From a virus (lineage: Duplodnaviria > Caudoviricetes), in the IMG/VR virus record IMGVR_UViG_3300033141_001695, positions 1 to 60,000 of that record: 60,000 nt of DNA; one strand, 5' to 3'. Positions within the stretch are counted from its first letter, which is position 1, and each line of letters begins with the position of its first letter. A program made the position numbers and the translations under genes. The notes beneath the pieces are model-generated. The model was not told where the DNA came from. It saw only the letters and a list, made by a program, of their open reading frames with translations, and made no database searches. Below, in pieces: positions 1 to 8,743 of this stretch.

Positions 1-114
1 AAATCTTTGAGTTTTCCGGCTAAGCCCGGCTGCCCCGCAGTTCGGGCTTAGCTATTTTCCAGGGCACCACCTCAGGCATATAAACATCATACCCCAACAA
101 AGCGGACATCCCCG
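1..114. repeat. Terminal direct repeat, left copy (circular-assembly overlap)
   Basis: Bases 1-114 are identical to 59887-60000, and the repeat cuts through the 3' end of ORF 20..376. Confidence 0.95.
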
Positions 115-343
115 GCAGCTTAACCGGCCCCACCTCCTTTTCTTGAACTTCCGGAATTTCAACACGATTTTTTTTGGCATAATAGATCAGAGCCGGACTC
201 ACCCCAAAAAAATCAGCTACATTTTTCCATGTGCCCAATCTTTCTTTTTCGTTGTACAACATTGCTCCAACACCTTTGATCTCCGTGCCGTTTTCAGCAT
301 TATATTTTCTCAGAATCGGCTTCCAATCTTTTTTTACGGTCAT
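20..343 (-). CDS. Hypothetical protein, possible HTH
   Basis: ORF 20..376, likely start MTVKK at 343 after GAGGAG. The segment WKNVADFFGVSPALIY resembles an HTH. Confidence 0.5.
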   Translation of the reverse strand: MTVKKDWKPILRKYNAENGTEIKGVGAMLYNEKERLGTWKNVADFFGVSPALIYYAKKNRVEIPEVQEKEVGPVKLPGMSALLGYDVYMPEVVPWKIAKPELRGSRA

Positions 344-344
344 T

Positions 345-926
345 TTATTCTCCTCGGTCCGATAAGTTGAATTCAATTTTTTTGCCGTCTACCTCGAGCC
401 CCATCGAATCCCAACCATCCACACGTTCTCTCGCGAATAGTTCAATCCGTGGGATATCACCCAACAATTCCACAATTTTATGTCTGAACACATCCGGCTT
501 TTTGCTATGCTTCTCAATAGAGGTTTCTACTATCTGATGAACACTATGAGAAACAACAGCTTGTTTTGCTCTTGTTTTTTTACTGATTCCGATCAATAGA
601 GGTTCTGCATTTGCTCTCGTATACGCTCCCATGCCCCAAAAATTAGTACCTGATTTTTTATTTTTCTTTACCCAGACAAAGGCTGCGGTTTTGTATTGAA
701 ACCCCCAAGCATTCATAACTTTTAATGCCTGATCATAATTCGGGTAAGTCGCCCACATAAAGCATATGCAATCATCTGTAGCTATTTTCTTGACGCCAAG
801 GTTACATATTTCAGCCGTGGACATAGTATCATAATACTGTTTTGCCATTCCGCGGGAGTTTTTTTTGCTGCCCGTTTGTTTGTATTCCCATGGTGGATCT
901 GCGTATATAATCTGATATTTCTTCAT
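345..926 (-). CDS. MT-A70-family N6-adenine DNA methyltransferase
   Basis: Motifs YQIIYADPPW, CFMWAT, WGFQYKT, FVWVK, GMGAYTRANAE, HSKKP, RIELFAR. Confidence 0.92.
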   Translation of the reverse strand: MKKYQIIYADPPWEYKQTGSKKNSRGMAKQYYDTMSTAEICNLGVKKIATDDCICFMWATYPNYDQALKVMNAWGFQYKTAAFVWVKKNKKSGTNFWGMGAYTRANAEPLLIGISKKTRAKQAVVSHSVHQIVETSIEKHSKKPDVFRHKIVELLGDIPRIELFARERVDGWDSMGLEVDGKKIEFNLSDRGE

Positions 927-1072
927 TATCCCTTATCTCCTTTCACATTTTGTTCCCCTCGAATTTCCCTCCAAAGTTTTTCATTTTTCCGATGCAGAAT
1001 CACTGCCACCGGGACCAAGCTCACAATTAATATAACCATAATGCAAATTATTAATGTCAGATCAAATTTCAT
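926..1072 (-). CDS. Small single-TM protein (48 aa, not in ORF track)
   Basis: Hand translation MKFDLTLIICIMVILIVSLVPVAVILHRKNEKLWREIRG..., with SD GGGAGG upstream; it fills the gap exactly. Confidence 0.6.
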   Translation of the reverse strand: MKFDLTLIICIMVILIVSLVPVAVILHRKNEKLWREIRGEQNVKGDKG

Positions 1073-1091
1073 TTTCCCTCCCTTCTGAATT

Positions 1092-1592
1092 TTAAAAATT
1101 AATTCTCAAAGCCTGGCCGATAGCCAAGAATAAGGTCTTGATCGGGATCGGGCAATTAAGCGTGTTGTAATTTTTATTTTTAGCCAGCCGTGTCCCGAAT
1201 TCTGACAACCAAAGTTTTTTGTTCTCTATCCACGCTTTTTGAAGTTGAGGAACTGGCAACAAATAACACATATAACTTGGCAAGATTGCATATGCTATAT
1301 AATCGCAGAACAAAGGTTTCTCGGCCCACCCTTTGGTGTTTGTCTTGTCGTTGCTGACATATTCAACCAAGATATCTCCATAGTCTTTCCTCCTGACCTT
1401 TTCATCGATGTAGATAGCTTTGCCAGAACTTAAAATAACTGTCCTATCTATCCCAAGTCTTTGCAGTTGGCCATCCTCGCGCATATTGACAAAGCCATGA
1501 TTTTCAGGGAAAGCCTTACCATAAATTTCAGACCAAATTGGTAAATCCTCTGCCGAATGACTAAATGCTAAATCATTTTTGAAGTTATTCAT
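1092..1592 (-). CDS. PD-(D/E)XK restriction-endonuclease-fold protein
   Basis: Motif GID...IYIDEKVR...ILVEY, translationally coupled (ATGA overlap) to the upstream ParB-MTase gene. Confidence 0.65.
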   Translation of the reverse strand: MNNFKNDLAFSHSAEDLPIWSEIYGKAFPENHGFVNMREDGQLQRLGIDRTVILSSGKAIYIDEKVRRKDYGDILVEYVSNDKTNTKGWAEKPLFCDYIAYAILPSYMCYLLPVPQLQKAWIENKKLWLSEFGTRLAKNKNYNTLNCPIPIKTLFLAIGQALRINF

Positions 1593-2827
1593 ATTTCGTT
1601 ACCGAATACTGACCATCCCGGCCTTGACTCTCTGCAATACATTTCAAGCTTGACTCTATCTCCAAACGCTTGTTCTATCCATTCATAAACGCACTTTGGC
1701 TTTTTGCTGTGCTGTGTTCTGGCCTCCCTAAAAACTGAAGGTACCCTGAAGTTACTCAGCGGTGGCGAAACCTTGCCTTTGGTAGCAACAAACAATAGTT
1801 CGTGTCGTCCACGAAACCAGTAGCCCATCCCAATTTTTTCTTTATCCCAAACTGCATGAGTTTTGTACTCAAAACCCCATAAATCAATAAGTTCAAAAGC
1901 CTCTCTTAACTTTGGAGCGGTTGCCCACATCAAAAGAATGCAGTCGCTTTGGGTTTCCGGCAAATGGTCTTTCATATCTGAAACCGTTGCAGTGTCGTAT
2001 TGGTTCTCAATTTGCCTGTTTGAAGTTTCGGCAAAATCATATTTCCACGGAGGATCGGCAAGAATGAGGTTCGGCAATTCGGTTATCATGGGTTCTTCAA
2101 CCCTTTTTTGTTCTACCTCCTGAACACGTTCCTGATATTCTTCTTTCCGTATCTCACGCTTTGCCTCTTTAACATTTTTGACCTTCCCGGCCTCGACACG
2201 CTCAAGGATATCTTTTTGTACTTCAGGCGTTTCCCGGATAAGTATCTTCGCATCCGGAATTTTAACGGCACCAGATTTAACCTTTTCGTGAATTTCTGGA
2301 GATTTTTCTTTGATTTTTTGTGCGTCTGATATGTAGCGCGGGCTTGCGCCAGTCATGTTCGATAATTTTGTCCTGGTTTCGTTATCTTCCTTGTGAATCT
2401 GTTCCGGTAATTTTGCCGGAACAGAATCTTTAGGCTCAGGTTGTCCGATTTCTTCCACAGGTTTTCTGATCTGCCGCTCTTTGGCCTCGGCTTTCAACGT
2501 ATCAACCACGCTCTGCATGTCTACCGCTACAGCCGCGCGCTGGCTGGGGGTCAAATGCCGCCTGTGAAGGTTTTCAGATACTACGAAGGATAACGGATCA
2601 CTGCCTTGATATGTTTCGAACCTGGGCGTTACTCCCGATCTTTGGCAGGCAAGATACCGATTGCGGCCATCAAGTATTTGGTCTTCATGCAAGATAATCG
2701 GATTGTTTAAACCGTTTTGGCCGATATCGACTATCAGCTCCTCTAACTCTACGCCCGCCAACATGGGAAAAATATTAGCATATGAATGATTTTCTTTTTT
2801 CATGTAATCTCCTTTATTTATTATCAT
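1589..2827 (-). CDS. ParB/Srx-domain plus MT-A70 adenine methyltransferase fusion
   Basis: N-terminal IFPML...GLNNPI...ILDGRNRYLAC...ENLHRRHL (ParB-like). C-terminal LILADPPW...WGFEYKT...GMGYWFRGRHE...HSKKP. Confidence 0.9.
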   Translation of the reverse strand: MIINKGDYMKKENHSYANIFPMLAGVELEELIVDIGQNGLNNPIILHEDQILDGRNRYLACQRSGVTPRFETYQGSDPLSFVVSENLHRRHLTPSQRAAVAVDMQSVVDTLKAEAKERQIRKPVEEIGQPEPKDSVPAKLPEQIHKEDNETRTKLSNMTGASPRYISDAQKIKEKSPEIHEKVKSGAVKIPDAKILIRETPEVQKDILERVEAGKVKNVKEAKREIRKEEYQERVQEVEQKRVEEPMITELPNLILADPPWKYDFAETSNRQIENQYDTATVSDMKDHLPETQSDCILLMWATAPKLREAFELIDLWGFEYKTHAVWDKEKIGMGYWFRGRHELLFVATKGKVSPPLSNFRVPSVFREARTQHSKKPKCVYEWIEQAFGDRVKLEMYCRESRPGWSVFGNEI

Positions 2828-2996
2828 TTAAAAGTTTTTGAATCTGAAAAATCAACTCAGAATTCGGCAAGGTCTTCCCGTTTTCATACCTGTGTATCTC
2901 GGCCGGGGTTTTCCCTAACAATTTTCCGAATTCTTTCTGAGTGATCTGTAATGATAGCCTGCTTGTTTTGATAAATTTTTCTGTTTCTGATTTCAT
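2814..2996 (-). CDS. XRE-family HTH regulator (Cro-like)
   Basis: LQITQKEFGKLLGKTPAEIHRYENGKTLP. Likely start MKSETEK at 2996 after AAAGGA; first gene of the leftward operon. Confidence 0.85.
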   Translation of the reverse strand: MKSETEKFIKTSRLSLQITQKEFGKLLGKTPAEIHRYENGKTLPNSELIFQIQKLLNDNK

Positions 2997-3003
2997 AGGT
3001 TCC

Positions 3004-3084
3004 TTTATATAGCATAAAAAAAGATTAATCAAGCAAAAAAAAAGATTAATAACGCTTGACAGGAACAAAACTAAAGTGTAGATT
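3004..3084. promoter_or_regulatory. Divergent promoter region with candidate operators
   Basis: Rightward TTGACA (3056-3061)-N17-TAGATT (3079-3084) and leftward TTGATT-N17-TATAAA. Two copies of AAAAAAAGATTAAT (about 3016-3029 and 3037-3050), the first containing the palindrome GATTAATC. Confidence 0.65.
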
Positions 3085-3256
3085 GATTTTCACGTAACAT
3101 CAAAAAGGAGGTGCCCCATGAAACGCCGCTAATCCCGGCACCCAAAATTGTTCTAATGTAGTTTCAAGTAAATGATGGGAGTGGCCGTTCGGGTGGCAGA
3201 ACTTGGGCGGCCGCTTCAACTGTAAAGAAATCCTTAACAGTTCAAAGGGAGGTTTC

Positions 3257-3709
3257 ATGAAAGGCAAAATAGGTAGCTTAGGTTCGTTATATATTGAAAG
3301 AGGCGGTTTGATGGTCATAGCTGATTGTAAATATAACGAAGGGGTTGCCTGCTCACACCGCTGCGCACACTTCGGCAATCCGGAAAGAGGCGATATGGAC
3401 ATGCCCTGTCACTGGACGCTGGAACTCTGCGACGGCAAGAAACTTGTTTTTGAAGAATTTATCGACGAAAGGGTGAACGATCAAAAAATAATACATGGTA
3501 TTAACTGTAAGAAAGAACCCCATATCAGGACTGGCTATCTCCATGCCGATGATGACGATTCTCCATATAGAGTAGATGGTTGTTACTATTGCGGACGATG
3601 CCATAGAAGTTTAGATTCATGCGACTTGAAGGAAATAAAAAACAATGCTGATCGGCAAACTCAGGCAAGACATGGACATGATGTCAATTTCAACAAGGGG
3701 ACAAAATGA
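3257..3709 (+). CDS. Hypothetical Cys-rich protein
   Basis: Start MKGKIG after GGGAGG; several Cys/His clusters. Confidence 0.55.
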   Translation: MKGKIGSLGSLYIERGGLMVIADCKYNEGVACSHRCAHFGNPERGDMDMPCHWTLELCDGKKLVFEEFIDERVNDQKIIHGINCKKEPHIRTGYLHADDDDSPYRVDGCYYCGRCHRSLDSCDLKEIKNNADRQTQARHGHDVNFNKGTK

Positions 3710-3876
3710 CCGGAAATCTCAGGCAAGACATCAAATATCTCAGACAATTATGCGACATGTATCCTGGCAGAAGATTCAAAGAGATCATGCAGATTGAAAG
3801 CCAAAAACTCGGCTGGATGGCGACAACCGGACAGCAGATTATATCGGTAATGGGAGGAAATGGATATGCATATTGA
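3706..3876 (+). CDS. Small hypothetical protein (56 aa, not in ORF track)
   Basis: ATGA overlap with the upstream stop; MTGNLRQDIKYLRQLCDMYPGRRFKEIMQIE... Confidence 0.55.
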   Translation: MTGNLRQDIKYLRQLCDMYPGRRFKEIMQIESQKLGWMATTGQQIISVMGGNGYAY

Positions 3877-4228
3877 AACTACTGTGGACAACTATGTCGG
3901 AAGGGACAACTTTATCGGCACAATCAACGTCCCGTACTGCGACAAATGCAAGGCCCAAAAACCGGATGATTCGGTAGAGGCTCTCGTATGGTATCACGAA
4001 ACACGGAAAGTACAAGGCGTTGAGTCTTCATATGATATATGCCCGGATTGCCAGACCAAAGAGCAAGGAGGGTTGACAAAGCTCTTGGCAGAAAACGAAC
4101 TAAAAAACATTGATGCTGGAATCAATCGACTCAGACAGGAATCCCGGAAGATAGAAACCAGGATTGCACGGAAAGAATTGAAATATCAAATGATCAGGAG
4201 GATGTTGAGGGGGATGGACAATGTCTAA
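3860..4228 (+). CDS. Hypothetical zinc-finger plus coiled-coil protein
   Basis: CDKC...CPDC followed by a heptad-rich tail; SD GGGAGG. Confidence 0.6.
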   Translation: MDMHIETTVDNYVGRDNFIGTINVPYCDKCKAQKPDDSVEALVWYHETRKVQGVESSYDICPDCQTKEQGGLTKLLAENELKNIDAGINRLRQESRKIETRIARKELKYQMIRRMLRGMDNV

Positions 4229-4493
4229 CGTAATCTGGAAAAAAACCGACAAGCACGTATATGCTACGATCTATAGGGAACATTGTAAGGAATTATTCGT
4301 CTTTTCTTCGTTTTCTGACCCGAGCGGGTGGAGCCCCATTGGTAACGGAAGACCCCGAATGATTACTGAATGGGGTTTCAAAGATTCAGATTTCCCTTTG
4401 ATTAAATCTATTGGTACGAAAAAAGATGAAGATCAATCAGAATATGACTATCAATATTTTATAGCGGTTATCTTGGAGAACGACAATGCCTAA
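4221..4493 (+). CDS. Hypothetical protein
   Basis: Overlapping co-directional ORF with SD. Confidence 0.6.
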   Translation: MSNVIWKKTDKHVYATIYREHCKELFVFSSFSDPSGWSPIGNGRPRMITEWGFKDSDFPLIKSIGTKKDEDQSEYDYQYFIAVILENDNA

Positions 4494-5376
4494 TATTGCT
4501 ATCAAAACCAACCCAACAATTACCGAGGCCGAATACCGCAAATACCCGGCCATGAATTATTCAAACCTTGCCAATTTCTATCAATCCCCGGATCACGCCT
4601 TAATGCCGACTGAGCCGAAAAGCTATTTTGAACACGGCAAGATATTTGAATCTTTGCTCTGTGATACTGCAACTGGGAGCGATATTTTTTCCAAACGATA
4701 CTTTTTCAGCAGACTTTCCGGGATACTGCCTGATGACCTGATTCAGCCTATTGAGCAGGGAGAGGATCTGGAACAATACGTCAGGTATAATAAGGATAAA
4801 ATAACTCGAAGCGGAACCCACAAAAAACGGCATGCTTTCATTGACGAGTGCATGGCAAACCCCGGCCTGATTCCGGTATCCACCACAGAGACAGAAATGT
4901 TAAAGCGCATGACTGAGAACATGCTCAAGATGAAGTACCAGGGTACATTAATAAGGGACATATTGAGCAACGCCCTCTTTCAAGTCCCGGTTATTTGGGA
5001 GAGTAATGGGATGCGAAAGAAGGCATTGTTTGACGTGGTGTTACATTTGGACGAGGAAACAACACTGATTGGAGACATTAAATCTACGGCAGATATGAGC
5101 CGGGTCCATAGCCAACTCTCACAAAGGCTATGGATTCAGGACCGGCACTATACTGAGGGTGCTAATGTCACATGGGGTTGCAAAGTATCCCACATGCCGT
5201 TCTTAGTGTCAAGTAAGCAAAAGCCATATCTATCACAGATCCACACTATTGACTTGGAACAGGTTGAGGATCTTGACGGAGCGTATGAGAAGGTATGTTC
5301 CGACTTTCACGCATGGAATGGTATGCCGAAGGGGTGGCTGCCGGAACGTTCACATCGAATATTTTTGAGACAATAA
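4486..5376 (+). CDS. PD-(D/E)XK exonuclease, DUF3799/RecE(ExoVIII)-like
   Basis: EAEYRKYPAMNYSNL...HG..FESLL...KALFD...IGDIKST...Q..HY; adjacent to an AAA recombination ATPase. Confidence 0.8.
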   Translation: MPNIAIKTNPTITEAEYRKYPAMNYSNLANFYQSPDHALMPTEPKSYFEHGKIFESLLCDTATGSDIFSKRYFFSRLSGILPDDLIQPIEQGEDLEQYVRYNKDKITRSGTHKKRHAFIDECMANPGLIPVSTTETEMLKRMTENMLKMKYQGTLIRDILSNALFQVPVIWESNGMRKKALFDVVLHLDEETTLIGDIKSTADMSRVHSQLSQRLWIQDRHYTEGANVTWGCKVSHMPFLVSSKQKPYLSQIHTIDLEQVEDLDGAYEKVCSDFHAWNGMPKGWLPERSHRIFLRQ

Positions 5377-5386
5377 GGAGCTTAAA

Positions 5387-6508
5387 ATGGGAATTTTGCA
5401 AATTAGGGAAGCTAAAAAGGCTGGCTCCAGGACGGTTATAGGATTAGCTGGACCATCAGGAGCAGGGAAAACATATACAGCACTTTTATTGGCATATGGA
5501 ATGGTAAATCAAAATGCAAAAAAAATCGGTTTGCTTGATACTGAAAATAAAAGAGGTTCGCTCTATGCTGACATTCTCAAGACACCTAACGGAGATATTG
5601 ACCGTTTTTTAATCGGGGATCTGCACCCGCCGTTTTCCCCATCAAGATACAGTGAAGCTATTAAGGAATTTGAAGCATCTGGAATTGAAGTTCTGGTCAT
5701 TGATAGCGTAACTCATGAATGGGAAAGTATCGGTGGTTGTGATGAGATTGCCAACAATACATCTGACAAAATGGCAAATTGGAAATTGGCTAAACGGGAA
5801 CACAAGGCGTTCATGTCGACCATGTTGCAATGTGATATGCATATTATCGTTTGTATTCGTGCCAGGGAAAAAACATCTTACAGAAACCCTAAAGCCCTTA
5901 TCAGTTTAGGTATTCAACCCATTCAAGAAAAAAACTTTATGTATGAAATGACAGCTTCTATGATGCTGTGCGATGAAGGCAAAAGCCAAAACCTAATAAA
6001 AATGCCGGAAGATTTAAGACCGATTTTGGGGAGGCGTGACGGATATTTGGGTGTCAATGACGGGGTTATGCTGAGAGATTGGGTTGCCGGAATCGTTCCA
6101 GAGGATCGAGAGGTTGAGCGATGGAAAAACAAACTGCTGATGAACACCAACCAGGGGATAGGTCACATTCAAGAATGTTGGGGTAAGGTTCCTGTTGATA
6201 TGCAGACGAAGATAGGAGAGCCTTTCCGAGAATCATTGTTTGAAGCGGCCAAAGGTTATGATGACATGAATAGTCAAAATGGTCAGGACGGTGACAATAC
6301 TGACCTTGCTAAAAAACTCAGTAGCCTCAAGCCCAAGGAGCCCGCATCCGAAATCCTTGCCGCACTTAAAGACCGCCTCGCAAAAATCCCTGCGGACATC
6401 CGCAAGCAAGCCGCAGAAGATGTGAACTGTTCTGAGGATACCGAGAGCGTGAATGAATTGCAGTTTTTAATCGAGCAATGCCGGAAACTGCTGAAGAAAG
6501 CTGATTGA
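5387..6508 (+). CDS. AAA ATPase, Sak4/AAA_24-like recombination protein
   Basis: Walker A GPSGAGKT, LLDTENKRG, Walker B VLVIDSVTHEW; paired with the exonuclease. Confidence 0.85.
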   Translation: MGILQIREAKKAGSRTVIGLAGPSGAGKTYTALLLAYGMVNQNAKKIGLLDTENKRGSLYADILKTPNGDIDRFLIGDLHPPFSPSRYSEAIKEFEASGIEVLVIDSVTHEWESIGGCDEIANNTSDKMANWKLAKREHKAFMSTMLQCDMHIIVCIRAREKTSYRNPKALISLGIQPIQEKNFMYEMTASMMLCDEGKSQNLIKMPEDLRPILGRRDGYLGVNDGVMLRDWVAGIVPEDREVERWKNKLLMNTNQGIGHIQECWGKVPVDMQTKIGEPFRESLFEAAKGYDDMNSQNGQDGDNTDLAKKLSSLKPKEPASEILAALKDRLAKIPADIRKQAAEDVNCSEDTESVNELQFLIEQCRKLLKKAD

Positions 6509-6606
6509 TAACCAATAATCGCAAGTCGGACTGCACATCCTGGCTTTGAAAAACTCACCGGCAAATCTGTTTATGTTGCTGGAAAATAAAGAAATGGAGG
6601 CCAATA

Positions 6607-7071
6607 ATGCCAACAGATTTTTCAAAAGCAAGAATTGGAGATAAAGTTGCTGATAGATTTATGCAAAAGTGGGGAATCATCGACGGTATATACAAGAATG
6701 ATGTCAGTCGTATCCATGTTAATTTTGGAGGTAAAATACTTTATTATATGAAAGATGGAAGAATTTCTGAGGATCACACAATTCCAGCTCTTGTTTGGGA
6801 TATGCAAAAGCCCGAAGATGATTGGTCAATTCTTCCTGAAATGCCCAAGCGAACGGTTAAGAAGAAGATTGAAGGATGGATTAATGTTTATCCAAAAGCT
6901 GAGTATAATTATGGAGATTTATTTACTTTAGGAGACGTTATACACAAAACAAAAGAAAAAGCTTTAAAATCCAGAACAGTAGATGCCTTAGGCGAACCAC
7001 TTTTTATCTCACATGAATACGAAGTTGAGGAGGATCAACCCAACCAGCCGGACTGCATATCTTGGCTTTGA
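6607..7071 (+). CDS. Hypothetical phage protein
   Basis: 154-aa ORF with SD GGAGG. Confidence 0.6.
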   Translation: MPTDFSKARIGDKVADRFMQKWGIIDGIYKNDVSRIHVNFGGKILYYMKDGRISEDHTIPALVWDMQKPEDDWSILPEMPKRTVKKKIEGWINVYPKAEYNYGDLFTLGDVIHKTKEKALKSRTVDALGEPLFISHEYEVEEDQPNQPDCISWL

Positions 7072-7150
7072 ATATAACGGAACAATTATGACAATTAATC
7101 ACACCCAATCAAACCCATACTCCCCACCACCATTTACAGGTACACAGACT

Positions 7151-7645
7151 ATGAAAAATAAAGAACCTCTCAGCCTGTCAAACAACCAGAAGCGGCAACT
7201 GATCATCCTGGACACCCTGGAAGCCTGTATCGTTTCCCTTCCTCCAGGGACACCCAAAAAAACCAAAGATGTTGCCAAGCGCATCATGATCCGGAATAAA
7301 AACATCATCCACCTGATCATCCCCGAAGCCAACCGGGGCCGACTCGACGGCAAGATCAAACGCCAGTACCACCGGATCATGGAATCACTCAAGACCTATA
7401 TCAACAAAAGCTTCCCGGACACCATCGACATGGTCCTGTATTTTAACACCCTGCTTTGCCTGACCGAAGATATCCGCCGGCAGATACCCAAACAAAAAAA
7501 AGCCTTCCGCCGGGAATGGGACGCCTTGGCCAGAAGCCTCAACACATTGTACCGGCATTATGATCCGGATCTGACCGGAGAAGCCCAGATGATCAGGGGA
7601 GAATTCTTCGCCGGTAAACTGCAAGAAATAATTGAAACCGCATAA
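7151..7645 (+). CDS. Hypothetical helical protein upstream of integrase
   Basis: In ORF 7013..7645, likely start MKNKEP. C/G-ending codon usage resembles the integrase fragment rather than its AT-rich neighbours. Confidence 0.55.
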   Translation: MKNKEPLSLSNNQKRQLIILDTLEACIVSLPPGTPKKTKDVAKRIMIRNKNIIHLIIPEANRGRLDGKIKRQYHRIMESLKTYINKSFPDTIDMVLYFNTLLCLTEDIRRQIPKQKKAFRREWDALARSLNTLYRHYDPDLTGEAQMIRGEFFAGKLQEIIETA

Positions 7646-7884
7646 ATAGGTGAAAAAAGGAAGAAGCTATGAAATGTAAATGGGAGAAAGATGTTCATGG
7701 GTTTTATATTACGCCTTTTTTGGGCATAAGCAAAGTTAAAGGGATTTGGTCTATTTGGATTGGTTGGTTTTATTGGCTGTTTACATGGCAAATAACAAGT
7801 CATTCAAGAAGATCATAACCCATGTTGAACAATCCTTTCATATATAGTAATATCCCTGTCCCAAATACACTGGGGGGCATCTGC

Positions 7885-8390
7885 ATGAAGGGGAATATCT
7901 ATTCGCGGCAAAAATGCTTTGTATGCGGCGCAAAACTGGCGCATGACGAACGGCGTAACGGGTGTTTCTGCCTGAAACATCCCCAGGTGGCAGCCACGCG
8001 GTTTTATGTCCGGTTTGAAAAGGTATTTAAAAATTTCAAATCCTACCCGGAAGCCGCGCAGTTTCTCAGCGGCCTTCGTTTCAAAACAGTCGAAGGCTCT
8101 TTTGATGCCCGCGACTATCAGAAAGACGCGCCCATGGGATTCGAAACCCAGGCCAAAGAGTTCATCCGCTCCAAGGAGCAGCTCAAGATCAAATCGATCA
8201 ACAACATCAGGAATTACATGAACCGTGCCATGGCCGTCTTCGGGCAGAAAAACGTCAAGACGTTCAACCGCAAAGACATTCGCTTATTTCTGTACGGCAT
8301 CCAGGGGATCTCGGAAAAGACCAGGCACAACCACCGGTCTTGCCTGCATGATTTTTTCAAAAGCCTGGTCGATGACGACGTGATCCCGCC
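7885..8390 (+). pseudogene. int: Tyrosine integrase, N-terminal fragment only (catalytic domain missing)
   Basis: Zn-binding N-terminus MKGNIYSRQKCFVCG, GSFDARDY, SAM-like core-binding domain (FGQKNVKTF...ISEKTRHNHRSCLHDFF). After DDDVIP it reads into antisense avd and stops at 8457; no R-H-R-H-Y domain. Confidence 0.8.
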
Positions 8391-8696
8391 TATTAAGCGA
8401 CCAACTTCATCTATTTTCCTAATCAATATTTCAAACTTTTTGAAAGACAAAAACTGAAGATTTTTAGCCATTTCGATCTGGCGTCTTAGAATTTCATGCT
8501 CCACATCCATCTCCTGCATTGTCGTCTTTTTATAGTATCGTTTATTTGCGCTGATCATCAGCTTCAATACTATGTATATCTGCTTTTTGATATCCGCCGC
8601 CAGGCCGAATTTTTCCGATTTTGGGAATTGACGAAGCGCAATATATGCATATTCCGTAAGTTCCAGCATTTTTTGATATACGATTAAATTTTCCAT
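8385..8696 (-). CDS. avd: DGR accessory variability determinant (Avd, four-helix bundle), C-terminus clipped
   Basis: LIVYQK...FPKSEKFGLAADIK...KKTTMQEMDVE...IDEVGRLIGG is the bAvd signature. The usual terminal W(I/L)K is replaced by read-through into antisense integrase (ORF extends to 8214). Confidence 0.9.
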
Positions 8697-8710
8697 TATT
8701 ACTTTCTTAA

Positions 8711-8728
8711 GGCCTGCTATCGCAGGCC
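8711..8728 (-). promoter_or_regulatory. DGR target-recognition hairpin downstream of VR/IMH
   Basis: GGCCTGC-GATA-GCAGGCC: a perfect 7-bp GC-rich stem with a GRNA-type 4-nt loop, 15 nt after the target stop codon, as in Bordetella BPP-1-like DGRs. Confidence 0.8.
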
Positions 8729-8743
8729 AAAACAGATCACACG

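Noticed and set aside
1589-2827. ParB as evidence of a plasmid partition system
   Set aside because: The ParB-like domain is fused to a methyltransferase, and no ParA or parS array was seen.
7646-7884. Displaced DGR template repeat
   Set aside because: No similarity to the VR and no AAC-rich GGNWNN...NNNIGFR pattern here or elsewhere that I could see; a by-eye search could miss a diverged copy.
8214-8384. C-terminal extension of Avd as a novel domain
   Set aside because: It is the antisense reading of the integrase fragment beyond the junction.
8391-8457. Natural C-terminus of a short integrase-like protein
   Set aside because: It is antisense avd sequence; no catalytic domain follows.
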